From Antedon mediterranea (taxonomy: Eukaryota; Animalia; Echinodermata), in assembly GCF_964355755.1 (NCBI RefSeq), contig NC_092670.1, forward strand, positions 15,114,795 through 15,178,794: a stretch of 64,000 nt of DNA, in the 5' to 3' direction. The notes below the pieces were generated by a model that was given only the letters and a program-made list of their open reading frames with translations, had not been told where the DNA came from and did not search any database. Shown one piece after another: positions 40,801-55,800 of the stretch. A program made the translations under genes and the position numbers. Every line of letters starts with the position of its first letter. Position 1 is the first letter of the stretch.

Positions 40801-43800
40801 AGCTACTTAGGTAGTGCATTGTTTTTTTCTTTTTATCAACGAACGCAAATTACCCAAGTATACAGTATTAAACAATGATTTGTACATGTAGATTATTATG
40901 TGTAAATGTAAGAAGCCGTGGATTGTTAACAAATAAAAAACTTATAAAATTTTCAAAATGTGTTTTGTGTATTTAATAAAAGTAAAATGAAAAGAATAAA
41001 AAATTAAGCGGAACAGCATTGGTATGTAGCTATACCATATGGAATGCCAGCTTTAAACTGACGTGAGAAAATTTAATTTTTAGTTGTAATTTTTTTTTAT
41101 AACAATCTCAATTTTATGCCTGATGTGTTTTCTACTTTTTTGCCATCTTATTTTTTATTGTTTCATATTTTGCCCTGCATATGCTACTTGGTCCCCCAAA
41201 CCGTGACCTGGGATGTTTGTTACATTCTTACGTTTTTTTAATTTGAAATAAAGGATGATTTTATATATAACCATAGAACGTACATTTAAGACAAGGAATG
41301 ACCTGGTTTAATGTTTTAAAGTAATATATATATGCCTTACTTTTACAAAACGTCAAAATTGCAGGGATAGTGTCTCTAACAAAGCAAATATTGAACTTAC
41401 ATTCTCCACAGCCATAAAGTTCAAACCTCAAGCAAATCCTTATATCCCAATCAATTGGAACGATCACAAATGCGTAAATATTTATCAGTGGTTCGGTGAA
41501 GTAAATTCTAAATGGTTCATTATCGTCGTTATAGACAACAGAAAACACCTGTAAAAACACAACTTCTGGTTAATTTTCTGATGACATATAAGCAAACATG
41601 AGATGAGTGACAGGGTTTAAATTCATCAACCTAAAATCATACATTATTGCAGTAGAAAAATGTAGATACTGCAGTAACTGCAGTAGAATAATTTTGACAT
41701 GATCTCTTAGGAACGAAATGAAATTCTTTGAAGATTACCTTATCGATCATCTCCTCGGTGCCAGTTACCTCTTGGTAGTTAATGTACTCATTAACTTGAG
41801 GGTCCTGAGAGTACCTTACTTGGAATCTTGTTACTCTGCCTTGTTCTCTATTCATACCACCTTGAATTGATACTCCTGTGATTTCCTGAGGCCTACGGAA
41901 CCTTACTTCAATGTGCTCAGAAATGGAATTACTAGTAGGCACCCATGGGTTTGCCCCTAATCGGCCAACGCCGTTTGGATCATTTTCGCCTTCCAATCTG
42001 GATGAATAATGAAGCTGTCCTGGTAGGATTCTACGACTAGCCATACCCAATGCAGCTTCACAAGAGCCTACCAATGATATGATACAACATTTTCAATATT
42101 TTTAGAAAGAGTGGGGGAGGGGAGGGGTGTATCTGAGTAAAAACTTTATTTAAGAGCCACCTAACAAATACTATATACTAAATAGGTCATTTTTTTTTTA
42201 AAAGGGAATTAGTGTCTGTAGTAATTTTCTATATGTTAGCAATGTTTAAATATCAAGCATTATATTATGGCTCAAACATGAACCATTGAATTGGTTTAAA
42301 TGCCATCACATTATCCAAGTGCACATCGAGTACATTCAACAAAACAGTAAATTTAGACTAGAATGGTACTATTTGCCACTAAATAACGTCACAGCTTGAC
42401 ACTTTTGCGCTGCCATATGTCTCCTTAGACATTGTGTTTAAATGTTTGAGCTATAATATCAACAAATATTCTTTGATTTTGTCACTAAATTTCACAGAAA
42501 ATAGTGCCTAAGAATATTAAAGTACCTAATTTAGGAAAATTCAGGAACTTACAAATCAACTTTGTTTTACTTACGCTCTGTAGTAGTCTCTGTAACTGTT
42601 GTAGTCACTATAGTTGTTGCTGTTGGCAAAATGAAAAAATAATTCTGTTAGCAACAACATTAAAACATTGATTTATTTTATTTACTAATTTTAGCAAACA
42701 AAATTGAAAACAACAATTTCTTGATTGTACCAAGGAGCGGTTCAATTACTGTTAACATATTACTTACTAGCAGTTCGACAATAACAGCATTCTCCAACTG
42801 AGGTACGATCAACACGCTCTTCACCCTAAAATTATATGGCAACAAATTTAAAGCCAAAGAAAAATACAAAGAAAACAAAAAAACAGTAGTACTCCAAAGT
42901 TTCCTTTAAAATATAATTGTATTTATAATTGGTTGTGCTGTTAAGGAAAATGTTTTCTAAAAAATATTATCTATTCTATATATGTTAATCACAATTTTCA
43001 GAAATTCAATCCATTTAAAATCTGAAATCTATCAAGATATATAATTTGTTTTTTTTTTTTATTGAAATCAATACAGACATATTTTTGATCTTTAGTTTTT
43101 TGTGAATATGTCGTTACACAAAAGGAAGAGAAAAAAACTCACGTCAGGACAGGCACCGATGTTACATTGTGCTATACACGCAGCTTCAAAATTTACACAT
43201 GTGCAGCGATGACATTCTCCAACATCCCATGATGTTCCATTCTAAATGCGAACAAAAAAAACAAACATTCACTCACTATTTAACTGGTCCTTTGCTTGTA
43301 TAACTTATTAAGTAAAATATCAAGCACTTGCAATGTTCACTGTAGTATAAGAAAAAAAGCATTTTGCTCAAAGAGTTCCAACCCTTCCGATTTCTCCGAA
43401 AGCCTCCATAATGTTCATCCAATTTTCTGAACATTAATATTAAAGAAATCCCCAGAATTTCGGTTCAAGATTTTTAAAACCCACTTTTACTGTCTGAATA
43501 CAGTTTTTAAAAGGTTATTTCAGTATTTAATACATAATTACATTCGATTAGTTGCTAGAACATGCCTTTGGTAAACGTTGAAATACCAATTGTGAGATAT
43601 TTTGAGGGCATAACATTTTATATATTTGTAACGGATTTGACCTGTTTAAACGAGTCTAATCCATTAAAAACACTTTGTATCCGTTAATTATGTAAACCTT
43701 CCGAAATTGTTAACTTGAGGGTAGAAACATCTGATAAATACATACATAGAGATAAAAATTGAGAAATTCTACATACTCCCATATGAACATCATTGTAGAG

Positions 43801-46800
43801 GCAACCACATGACTGAGCTCTTCTAACACAATATTCTCCTTGCCAGTAGTAGCCTTCAGCACATGAGTTGGCACAGGCTTCAACACATGGGTTCACTGAC
43901 CTACAGGTGCTTGAACCATCACAGTTCTGATTGCAATAACATCCATCGCATACTACAATATTTTGTGAAAGTTTTATTATTATCATCTTGTTCAACTTAA
44001 ACTTAATATAATACAAATTACACTTTTTAACATTTCATACGCATCCAACAGCGAGTAACTTGCCAATTACAGGATGGATAAACTATTCTATAATTTATAT
44101 AAACTAAGTCTCATTTGATTCTTGGAAAGTGAAGTTTAAAGATTTAAGTTACAACTCTGGCATTAGGTCAGTATTGAATCCTGGATTCTGGGATTGAAAG
44201 ACAAGCATGTTAACCACCAAGCTACAGTTCCACTAATTTAAAATTGTAATGAAAATAAAGATATCTTTTGTAAATGTAAAAAAATACAAATATAGTGGTT
44301 TAATGGTTAGGCAATCTAAATATCAAGCAGAAGCTGCCAAGATTGAATAGCGGATGGGGTGGCTTTTTCTCATTCTCACAGATTTTATCATCTTTTATTG
44401 TTCCAAAATGACTTAATATTCTTCCATATTCACTAGATGGTTTATAATTTTTTCTATGCCTGTAAACTGTGCTATTTTAAAAATAAAATAGCATATACCA
44501 TAATGCTTTTTAAAAACCATATGGCCAATTTATCTTTGTGCATTTATATGATCAGTTAAAGCAGTTCATTTAGTTGTGGAATAAGACATGTATTTGGCCA
44601 AAATAATATACTATTTTTTATATCTGAATCTGGAGAAAAAATGTATGTGGAATCGATAAATGTGTATTGATATACTTACACACTGGAGTCTCTGTAGTAA
44701 CTATGGTGGTAACACTTGGAGTAGAAGCTGTGTAATAAAAAAAAGCAAAATGTATACAGACTCAAATAAATTCCATGCTTTAAAGATATACTGTCCCCCT
44801 AAAATATAATTATATATATATATAGCTAGGCCTAGACTAGGATAGGCTATTTTTCTTTATTTATCTCTGTACAGGGATGACAACCCATGTGCGTTGTTGT
44901 GTCAGGTCTAGGCTATATAAACATTAGGGCTAGTCGGCCTCGCATAATATGTACGTCTTGAGCGCAAAATAAAAACATTTATTTAAAAAAAATAATTGTC
45001 CGGCCTCTCGACTGAAATTTTTTTCGGCCGAAAATCGACAGGAAACAAATTTCATTTTTAGGTTGGCCTGATTAAGAGGAATTACATATACAAGTAGTGT
45101 TTTTGTATTTCAAAGTAAAAATCTATTTTCTCTTTTTTTCTCAATGTTAAGCTAAAATATAACAGTTTTAATTGTAATATTCACTTTGAAACTTATTTCC
45201 CAAAGGTCAAATTTTCTGTCATTACATCAAATTTAACTGTCTATTTTGTCTTTTCGTGCAGTCACTAAAGTGGTGACCAAGACGTTTCAATCAAGAGGTG
45301 GTCAGCCAGCCTGGACCAGTCTATAACAGCAGTGAGCGTAAGGCTTCCACCATTTTTGTCATCAATCAATAATCAATCAGTACAAGAATACTTACGTTCA
45401 GAGCATTCACAACATCTGTCAGGATCATTTTCGTACATGTTCAGGAGTAATCCCTAACATTTAAAAGAAAGCATACACAAACCATGGTTTATATAAAAAA
45501 AAGTACTAAACAGAAAAAAGGTATTTTGTTAATACTTCACCAAACTTAGTTCTTTGTTTTTTAAATCTTTTATTACTTTTGTTATTTTTCCTTTTTTTTT
45601 TACATAATAACCTTCCATAATTTAAGAAAAAAAAAGTTGCAAAATGTTATGGAAACAGCATACAAAAGAGAATTTCTTCTTTCTCCAACAAAATAGTTCA
45701 ACAAAAAATATATATTGAAGGTTTATCTATTTTTAATGTTTTCTTTTTTTTGGTTTAATTATATTATCCATATAAATATCTATAACGATGCGGATCTCCT
45801 TTAAGGATAACATTATTTTAATTTTTCTCCTATCTATAGAGAAAAAAAATCCCCCAATCTAAGACTCCTTTTATTCTCGAACCTAACACTTTGTCTAACT
45901 TTATCTCTGAAGTATGATATATAAAAATAAGATTATTATTTACTGCAGAGCATGACGCATTGCACTGTTTCTCACAGACATTGACACCATTATCACAGGA
46001 ACATGCTTTGCAGTTGGTTGGCCAGTATCTTGCCCCATTCTAGTTAAGATAAAAATAAATCAATTATTGTATTTTGTTTTAAATGACATGAGAATAGAAC
46101 ATTTTCTACTCTTCTATGTATATTGCTAAAGGTTAATGAAAATTATTCTACTGCATTTACTGCAGTAACTAAATTTGTTTAACCGCCTATAATAACGTAT
46201 GATTTTAGGCAGTCACTGCAGTAAACAGTGAGTATCAATCAACCAAAAAAAAGATAAATAATTGCATTAACAGGTTAAAAAGTAAACAAAATGTAGTTAC
46301 TGAAGTAGAATACATTTATTTATTTGATTTATTCCCTTCAGTGAAACATAAAAAGGGAAGACTGAGAAGAGACAAGAGCTGTCAAAGACAAATATAACCA
46401 AAGGGTGTGTCTCTATAACCCAAAGGGTGTGTCTCTCCAACTCAAAGGGCGTATCTTTCCAACACCATAACATCCCTAACCTTAACTAACTATGGTGCAC
46501 TTACCTGGTGTATAACATTGTTGCTGTCTGTACATGGACACTGCTGTTCATCAGATCCATCTACACAGTTTCTCTCTCCGTCACAAACGTTATTGTTAGC
46601 AATACACAATGAACAATCGGCACAACTAAAGTAGCCTTCACCTGGACATGTGCAAACAGGTGGTTCTACTGTCGGTGGCTCAGTAGCTGTAATAAACAAA
46701 TTAAATGGTTTTAGAAATATTATAAACGACTGAACTCTAACTGACAACAGTTGTAGGGTTTTTAGAAGAAACAAATTCAATCTAATTGGTCACACATCAA

Positions 46801-49800
46801 GTACAAAATATTGTAAAAATTGACATGCAAATAGGTGGTTCTACTGTCGGTGGCTCAGTAGCTGTAATAAACAAATTAAATGTGTTTTTGTAATATTATA
46901 AACGACTGAAATCTGACTGACACCAGTCAGAGTTATTTTTACAAAATATTGTAAAAATGTGTACTCACTCAAGTGATAATATTTTATATGGATTAATTTA
47001 CACAACAGAGGGTTATGGTAAGCAGTCAATGGTAAGCGGAAAACATAGAATCATTTACACAAAACAGATTACTTACGAGCTGCTGTTGTTACACATGGAT
47101 CCCCAGTACATAACCAGTGCCCTCCACTTCTACATTGACTGAAAACAATTTCTCAACATTAGTTTCTTTTACAAAATTGCATAAAAAATGATGACACATC
47201 CTCTAGGACTTAAATGTATTAAATGGAAAATTATATGAAAATGTATGCCTTATTTTATGTTTGTATGAAAAATATACAATTATTTGAGCTATGCTCACTT
47301 GTCAGCATCTCGTATTGTTTTATTTAACTCTACCTCTGTGTATTGAGAACTCTATCCAGGTGATCTGAATTTATTTATATTTATATACACATGCATATTA
47401 ATAGCTGGTAAGATGGTATGCGCACATACTACATGTTGTTGGCTTACATGAATAAAATGTGTGCAATACACAATATACTTTATATTAATATTTCATAGAA
47501 CTCCTAAGGGACAGTTAAATGGACTGATCATGCTCTGGGCCCCTTAAGCTCTGGGGTTAACAAATATTATCTTACCATTGTTGACAATTTATAACTTTAA
47601 TTGTTCCTGCAGTGAATCTGTCTGCATGATGAAAACATGGGCACTGCTGTGGTGAAATACATTCGCCATTGTCCAGTACACTTCCTTCTGGGCATGCACA
47701 AGCCTCTACTGTGGAATTCCAAGCTGGGCATATGCGGATGTTTTCTGGGTTGTAGCAAAGATCGGGACAAGTACTTGCAGCTGAATCAAAGTGTAAGCTA
47801 CTTGGGCATTGAATACCTGAAATAAACAAACAATTGTTAATATTTTAAAAAAAATGTTGTCCACTTTACTAAAATTATAATTAAACAAAGTACTTTAGTT
47901 CTACTTCTGTTATTTAAATGGCTTGATCTATTGGTATTACATTCTAATTAGAAGTTGGTAGGCCTATTGTTTTAATTCCTTCAGTTTTTTGTTCTGATTG
48001 TCTGAGGTTAATATTAATTTCATTTCATAACATTTATTTACAAACTCTGACAAAAAGGGTAAGGAAAAATACAATGCAAATAAATAAATATAATAGCAGA
48101 CTTGAAAGCAGATATCCGGAAAGATAAAGAAAAACATCTTGAGGTGGGCGGGCCTTAATGAATAAATAAATAAGAAAAATAATAAATAAATAAAAATAAT
48201 TAAATAAATAAAAATGGATAAATAAATTAAAAAACAAAAGGGAAGTATGGAAAAGATAGGTACTGGTCAAAATGTGACACGTTAATAATAAGAGAAGATA
48301 TGATCTTTTTTAAAGTACATCTTTTAAGATGAGTAGGGGTTATCCTGTTGTACCAGACCAAGACCAGTCGTTGACGGAAGAGGTCTTCCGGTATCAATAA
48401 TAACAAACATTGGGTGTTGGGTGTTGTTGTTTTTGTAATATTGTAAAATTAATAATTGTGAATTGTGAATAAAAAACTACTTTACTTACCACAAACACCA
48501 TCTGATCGCCAATTAATATTGACATGTTTCTCGGAGCATACTTTTGCATAAGCCCCAATAGCAGTACACAGACATTCACAGTCTCCTCCACTATCACAGG
48601 CACAAGCATCCCAGATGCATCTCTCATAATAAATGTCTGGATTAACCTAATCAAACAACAATGATAATATACAAATAACAAGAATGTTTTATATTTGAAT
48701 GAAAATATTTCAGTGAAACAATTATTAATTTAATAAGTAATAAATATTTAGTTCTTATTTTTTCTTCTTTATTGTATCAAACAAATTATCAATACAAAAG
48801 GTAGCCAAGATATAGCCGGAGCTAATCAAGCTTGGTATCTTTTAAAACATCTTAACTATTACTTAAGCTACGAAATTAAGAAATATATAACAGAACTTTT
48901 GATAACGTCAAAAACAAAACAAAAAATTTTGAATAATAAATAAATAACATAATATAACATAAAGTGATGTATGTATTGTACTGTAATAAACAAAACGATA
49001 TCAGTTCAATAGATAATATCTGATGGATTATCAATATATAAAACATTGTGAATTATAGATTATTCTTTTATATACTTAAATAAAAGTAATTCTTTAAGTT
49101 GTTTAGAGAAAGCAAATCTAGATGTAATTGTTCGTAATTCTAAAGGTAAATCATTCCAAATAACAGCACCAGACAAAGAGATTCTAAATCATCCACAATT
49201 AATACGACAAGGGGGAATGGCTAAATTAAAATAATGTTTAATTCTTGTATTGTATGCATGATTGGTAGTTTAAAAATAATCAGATAAACTGTGAGGTAAT
49301 CTATTATTAAATAGATCAGAAACGAATTTAGAAACACATAAGGTATAAAGTTTGTTTATATCTAACACCAAAAAAAAAGATGAGTTTTAATAACAGATTT
49401 AAACTGTTGACAAATGATGTACACTATGAGGTAGTGCATTTCAAAGGTGCAGCGGCAATAAAAATGCCCTGAGATATGGAATTTTCCAAGGCACTTAAAG
49501 GGCAAGTTTATCAGTGGATTAACAGAGACAATGGCCAGATTGATAAATGGATATACTGTATGGTCATGAAGAAGTGTCTGTAGAGTAAAACCATTACAAA
49601 CAAAAACTAGGATGCTTACCACTTCGTGACAAGGGCGAAATACAGCTTGCTTAATGATCATGCATGAATATTGTGACCAGCTTCGACGGCGTGGGTTTGC
49701 ATCACACGGATGAATGACATCTTGTGTTAGAGGGCAGCTTGTGCGTGTACGCCAGCTGTCTCCAAACAACAATGCTCTAGACTCAATTTCGCCTGACCTT

Positions 49801-52800
49801 GTTGTGAAATCGTTGTTCTGGTCGCCATCGTAAATACCGCAAAGACCACAAGTGGTACCACGGTATGAAGCATCAAGTGTTAAAGACAAACTCGTTCCTC
49901 CGTCCCATTGAAGAACAAGTCCTAAAAAGGATCAACACATATTAGTTTGTGTTTAAATGTGCTACTTGACAAGCTCTGAAAAGTTAATGCACACATTCTT
50001 AAAGCCCATTTATACTATAGGACAATAATGATTGAAAGTGGATAAACATACATTTTCATACAGAAAACAAAAAGAAAAGTTTTCATCCTAGAACTCTAAG
50101 ATAACAATTTATGCTGTCTTTGATGTAAATAACATTTTCAAAATTCAGATGATGATACAATATCTAAATTGTTCTTAATGACAATAAAGTCATTTGTTTT
50201 GATCTTTAAAAATATCCTTCTTTAGTTCTAATATCTGAAATAATTAGTTTTTCAAAATCAAAATTATCTTACTTTGATCTTGTGTTGTGTAAATCCAGTT
50301 GCGGCCAACCTGATAGCAGTCAACAGTGCCCTCTGGTGCACCATTTAATTGGATATCAATTGTATCCTGTCCTCTTGTGAAACGAGTTACTGTTCCTTGG
50401 TATGTTACTCTGACAGACTTGGTACATGATACACCGGTAACACCACATGGAACATTCTCCACAATGACACTAAATGTTGACGTACCTTGACCGCAGCCAT
50501 CCTCACAAAAAACGTATCCACAAGATCCTATGTAAAAATATTCAAATAATAATTATAGCAACCATTACAGGGCGAGTATCATACCACTAGACCACAGAGC
50601 CATGTATGGTATTATCAAAGATTTTCACCCACCAGATACATTCTCTCATACAACAAACGCCCTCACAATCAGTGGAGGCTTAACAAGTCAAAATAAATTC
50701 CAACTTTAATTCGCAACGGTTTTTAAAATAATATTGTGTATATGTAAATCAATGATGTTGCGTAGCACTGTGTAAATTATATATAAATTATACTGTAAAT
50801 TATAGAAACATATATATATATATATATATTCCTTCACTTACACTAATGAAGGGCTAGTGTTGCCCGAAAGCTCTGCTAACTTTTCTGGCTGTTTTACTTC
50901 TCGTTTTGATTTAGCTTTTCGCTTTTATTTTGTATCCCCACTGATACCCACAGCATTGTTATTTTTTCAGTAATTTGACTTTGGATTTATATATATATAT
51001 ATATATATGTTAATATTTATACACATCACAGGCACAGAATAAATTCTAAACTGCCCGGTGATATACTAAACATTTAATTAATTAAATTGAAACGATACAG
51101 ATGAGGAAACCTGTGAGAATGAGAAAAAGTCGCCCTAACCGAGATTCAATCCTGGAACATTCTGCTTGATATGCAGATGTCCTAACCATTAGACCACTGG
51201 GGCTTTCATGGTATTGTTCAAACCCGTTTGGATATATTTATTGTTATTATATGGCTTCCCAAAAAAATATTTTTCAATTTTTTTTTTCCAATTGATTCAT
51301 ACATCTTGGGTTTTTTTGCCGCTTTCATTTTTAAAATATTTTAATCACCATTTTATACATTATAATTATTATATTTTTTTTTTCTCAAAAAGAAAATCTC
51401 ATTAGAATCTACAACATATTAATTTTAATTTAAAATGAAAGAAGTAAATGTTTATTTGAATTAAATATATACATTGCATATCCCATATATTTTACATTTT
51501 CTTTTTTTTTTTATGTATGCTATAATATACAAAAAATACCTTTCATATAAAATCGTTCTCTTTATGGTATCAACATCTACACATAATTACTATTATAACA
51601 CACCTATAGTTGATTCTTGTAAATTTGATTGGATAACTGTGGGTCATGACATTAAATGAATGTACTAGTCCTCTCCAGAGTGCGATTTTGTACACAATGT
51701 TTTTGTGCATTCATTTTGTTACACAAGAGGCTGTTGTTGACTGATAATATTCAGGCAACCTACAGTGTCAAAGGCTCTATTATTGTTCTACATCCAAAGT
51801 TTTATATTCGTTCAATGAAACAAATAATTTCATTAGGTAGAAGATGAAAATAAATTATTTGTAAAATTTGTTATTACAAATTATTTTTATATTATTAAAC
51901 GACAGCAATACTATAAAAGTATAAGTATATAAAACTTATTTAATTGAATATAGCTTTAAAGTTTTATAATAAATCCGATTCTTTTACATTTGACATTTTT
52001 TTATAAAACAGATCAACATATTAAAGTGATTACAGTATTTATACATACCATGGAAGTTGTACAGTTTTCCATCTAATGTTTTATAATGTGCTTCTCCATA
52101 AATCCTCGCTGTCCTGGGACACTGGTTCTCTTCACAAACCCATTCACGGTTTGAGCAGAAACTAACAAATCAATTACAGAAAATTATGTTATACTTTAAC
52201 CTATACAATTATTTAGCAAGCTTTTTATAGGTCATACACATTGTTTATTGCAGTGACACGATTCGTAAACTTCTATGTTGAAAAAAAACTAAAATCATAT
52301 GTAACTGCAGTAAAAAAGTGTAGTTATTGCAGTGGAAATTTTTTGATGATCACTTTAATACTATTCATTATACTGTAACACTAAATTAAAACTCTAAAAA
52401 CTTGATTTTGTTTATTATAATTTGATGTTTTGATAAAAAAATCTCACCATCTATTGCAGTCCTGATAGACCATTGCAGCTGGGGCATATGCTCTTCCTTG
52501 GTGGTCACATGGACACTGCTCCATAGACACACATTCTCCATTGTGGCTTATTAAATGGTCTGGGCATGCACATCCTCCACGGCAGTCAACGGCATCGCAG
52601 TCTATTTGAAGAGTCTCGCAGGTACGCTCACATGCTGAGCAGTTGCTCCACACACGTCCCGCAGGACATGGAGGATTCACTAAAAACATAAAAGAAATAA
52701 TTTCATACACAATCATCTGAAACAATCTAAAATTATTTACAACAAATTGCTAAAAATCAATTACAAATCTTTGAAGTTATAAATATTAAGTTTTTAAGAT

Positions 52801-55800
52801 GTTTCTATTAATATTTTTTAGAATGTTTACCTGAACAGTCAATCTCTGTGCATGACCATTGTCCATCTCTGCATGTACTAGAAAAACAATGCACTTTTAT
52901 ATTTGACTTTTAATTTTCAACTTTATAATAACACAAAAAAATAGATAAGTTAGTAAGTATTGATCTAACAATAATGAACTTAATAATTAAATATGAAATA
53001 AAAAACAATTTTATAAAACTAGATGGTACGCTCGCTTTGCTCGCGTACCATCTAGGTCGTGCCCACATATGGTTATCGAATACATAGTAATTTCAGCGTA
53101 AAAAAACTGGCGATTTCAAAATGTAGGCCTACGTACCGCATGACTATAAAACATCTATTTATGTATTTATGTAGTCAACCAAAATTAGCACCGTGCGAAT
53201 TACTTCCAAAAGAGAAACTTCTCACAAAATGAGTCCAAATGTTTCATTTGGACTCATTTAAACAAACCCAATTTGTATTTTGTATCTAACATTATTGAGG
53301 GTTGGGTTTTTTTTTTAATAGGCCTATAAATAACATAACACTAAATAGAGTAAAACATTTCCGATTTAATAACTGTTAAAATTGTCACTGTCATAGTCGA
53401 TTGAAATAGTAAAGTACATGTAACGATACACCACCACGACGTTTATATTTTTTTGTAATTATTAATTAATACAAACGTTGTGAAGCAACTGTCAGTAATA
53501 AAGTATTATATTATTATGTGTTTATAATCTAAAAGTAGGGGCTACCCACACTCACAGTAATAAAGTTTATTAGTATATTTGTTTATATTATAATAAACAG
53601 TAGGCCTACCAACGCACACAATAAGAAATTTGCGATTCAAATGGCTATCAAAAGTGGTTAATACCTATTTACAGTATTGTATAGCTTTACAATACTATTT
53701 ATGTTTATTCTCAAAGGGCCCATAAATTGACCTACTTGTGTTAAATCATGGAGGTATGCAAGCATGGTTAAACCAAATAATTTGGAATGTTCCATTCATC
53801 GCAAATCAATACATTTGTATAAACGTATATTAAATCTATCAAAATAGTATTTTTTAAAGAAAATCGGCCTGTCTTCAACATTATGATACTCTACTCGAGC
53901 TGTTCAACCGGTTTTCAGCTATTAAAAACAATTATCGTAGGAGGAGATAGGAAAATGCGAAGTATCTTCGTATTATTGTGTACAGGTATTTTTCATGAGG
54001 ACATCCATTAGACAGTGTATACCACGATCGGAAAACACCCCTATTTGGGGCAAATGGTTGAACCTAAATTCGTTTTAATTGTCAATAACTAATTATCTAA
54101 CTAAATTTAATTAGTAAACAGGGTTACATCAGGTGGTTAAAATCAGTACCGAGATTATAACCAACTTTATATACCATCGAGTACACATTCTAGAAATAAC
54201 GCGCGATTTACCGAATTTTGCCCTTACGTAAATTTATATATAGATAAATATGATCAGAGGGCTAAATTAAACTAATATTTTTGTAATAAACTTCTCATAT
54301 ACTTAAACTAAAGAGGATATATTGTGCAAAGAAACAGCATAATGTAATCAGGGTTTTTTTCAGTCCAATGGGCTGCAGACTTCACTAAAAAATTGGCTAA
54401 AGCATATGGATATAGATCTGCTATACCTTATATTTCGGTATATAATTTTCATCTGTGTATAAGACGCACCCCTAACTGAGAGTAAAATATCCATATTTTT
54501 TATATCGCCGATGTATAAGATGCACTTAATATTTCATCAAAACATTGTTTTTTTTTTTTTATTTCGAGAGGGCATGTAACGCGAAATTTGGTCCAAGGCC
54601 AAAACTGGTCCGGTCTTCAAAATCGCTTATTTATCCTTTAAAAAGTCCAAATGGTTGAAGTAAACTTTAATGCTTAGAGTAAATCGAAAAGAAATTATCG
54701 AAACGGTTTTTTAGTAATATTAAATTACTAGAGGGTGCTATTAGTTTTAAGCGAACTGAACAATAGAATATCCCAAAAGCCGATTGGAGTTTCTTTAATT
54801 AGTGTTTCGATAATAATATTATAGTCAGTGACGTCAACAATCAGTTTATCAGATCTTAAGAGCGCCTAAAACATCTCCATAATGAACAAATCTTCTCATC
54901 ATATTTAGTATAACATCACGATACTGCCTTGAAAACTAGGCACAAGCAGGTTGCCATTTATAGTAGGTAGCTGGCCTAGACTCTAGCTAGGCCTTACCTT
55001 AAAGCCTAGGCCTAGCCAACGAGGTTTCGATGAACAATTATTGTGCGGTGAGGCATTTATGTTCGGTATATAAGATGCACCCTTAATTTAGAGCTCAAAT
55101 GTCCGTGTTAAAAGTACGACGTATACATAATTTTTACCAAATTATATGGATAAAAGAATACTCTATCAACTTTAGTATTTATTTAGCAGTTAGGGCGATG
55201 GCAAATTTGAAAAAAAAATGGTAAAAATCAGAACATGTAGTAACATCTTTTGGAAGAGTATGGGGTTACACCGTCATTTTTAAGGACAAATGAGCGCCGT
55301 TTGGTGGCAGCACTTGACACAAAGGGACCCTTACAGGAGAATAAAGTTGTGATATGTGTTGTCCACACCTGCAAGTCGCAGATTTTCTCCCACACATACA
55401 TTTACAATAACTGTAAAAAAATATCAATATCTATCTTACCAAGTGATAAGTTGTCCATAACGAAACAATGCTTGATAGATAATATGACGTGTATTTCTTA
55501 CAAAATAATCAGTTTTTCTTTAGATATCCAATGTTGAAGACTTCTGATTTTGTGCGTATGCAACGAACTGACGTGCGCAACGGGATCTCATGTGATCTCG
55601 AACGATCACCGTAGTGAAATAAAATATCAATTTGTAAACAAACTTAAACGGCCTTTAAGGTTAAATTCCTTACCATGTATTGCACTGATCCTGCCTTGTT
55701 TCTCCTGGTTCGTAGCGAGTGCCATGGTAGCAGTGACACTGGGCCACAGGGACGCAACTGTCACGTTCTGCATCCCACATCTATTATTATAACATGTATT

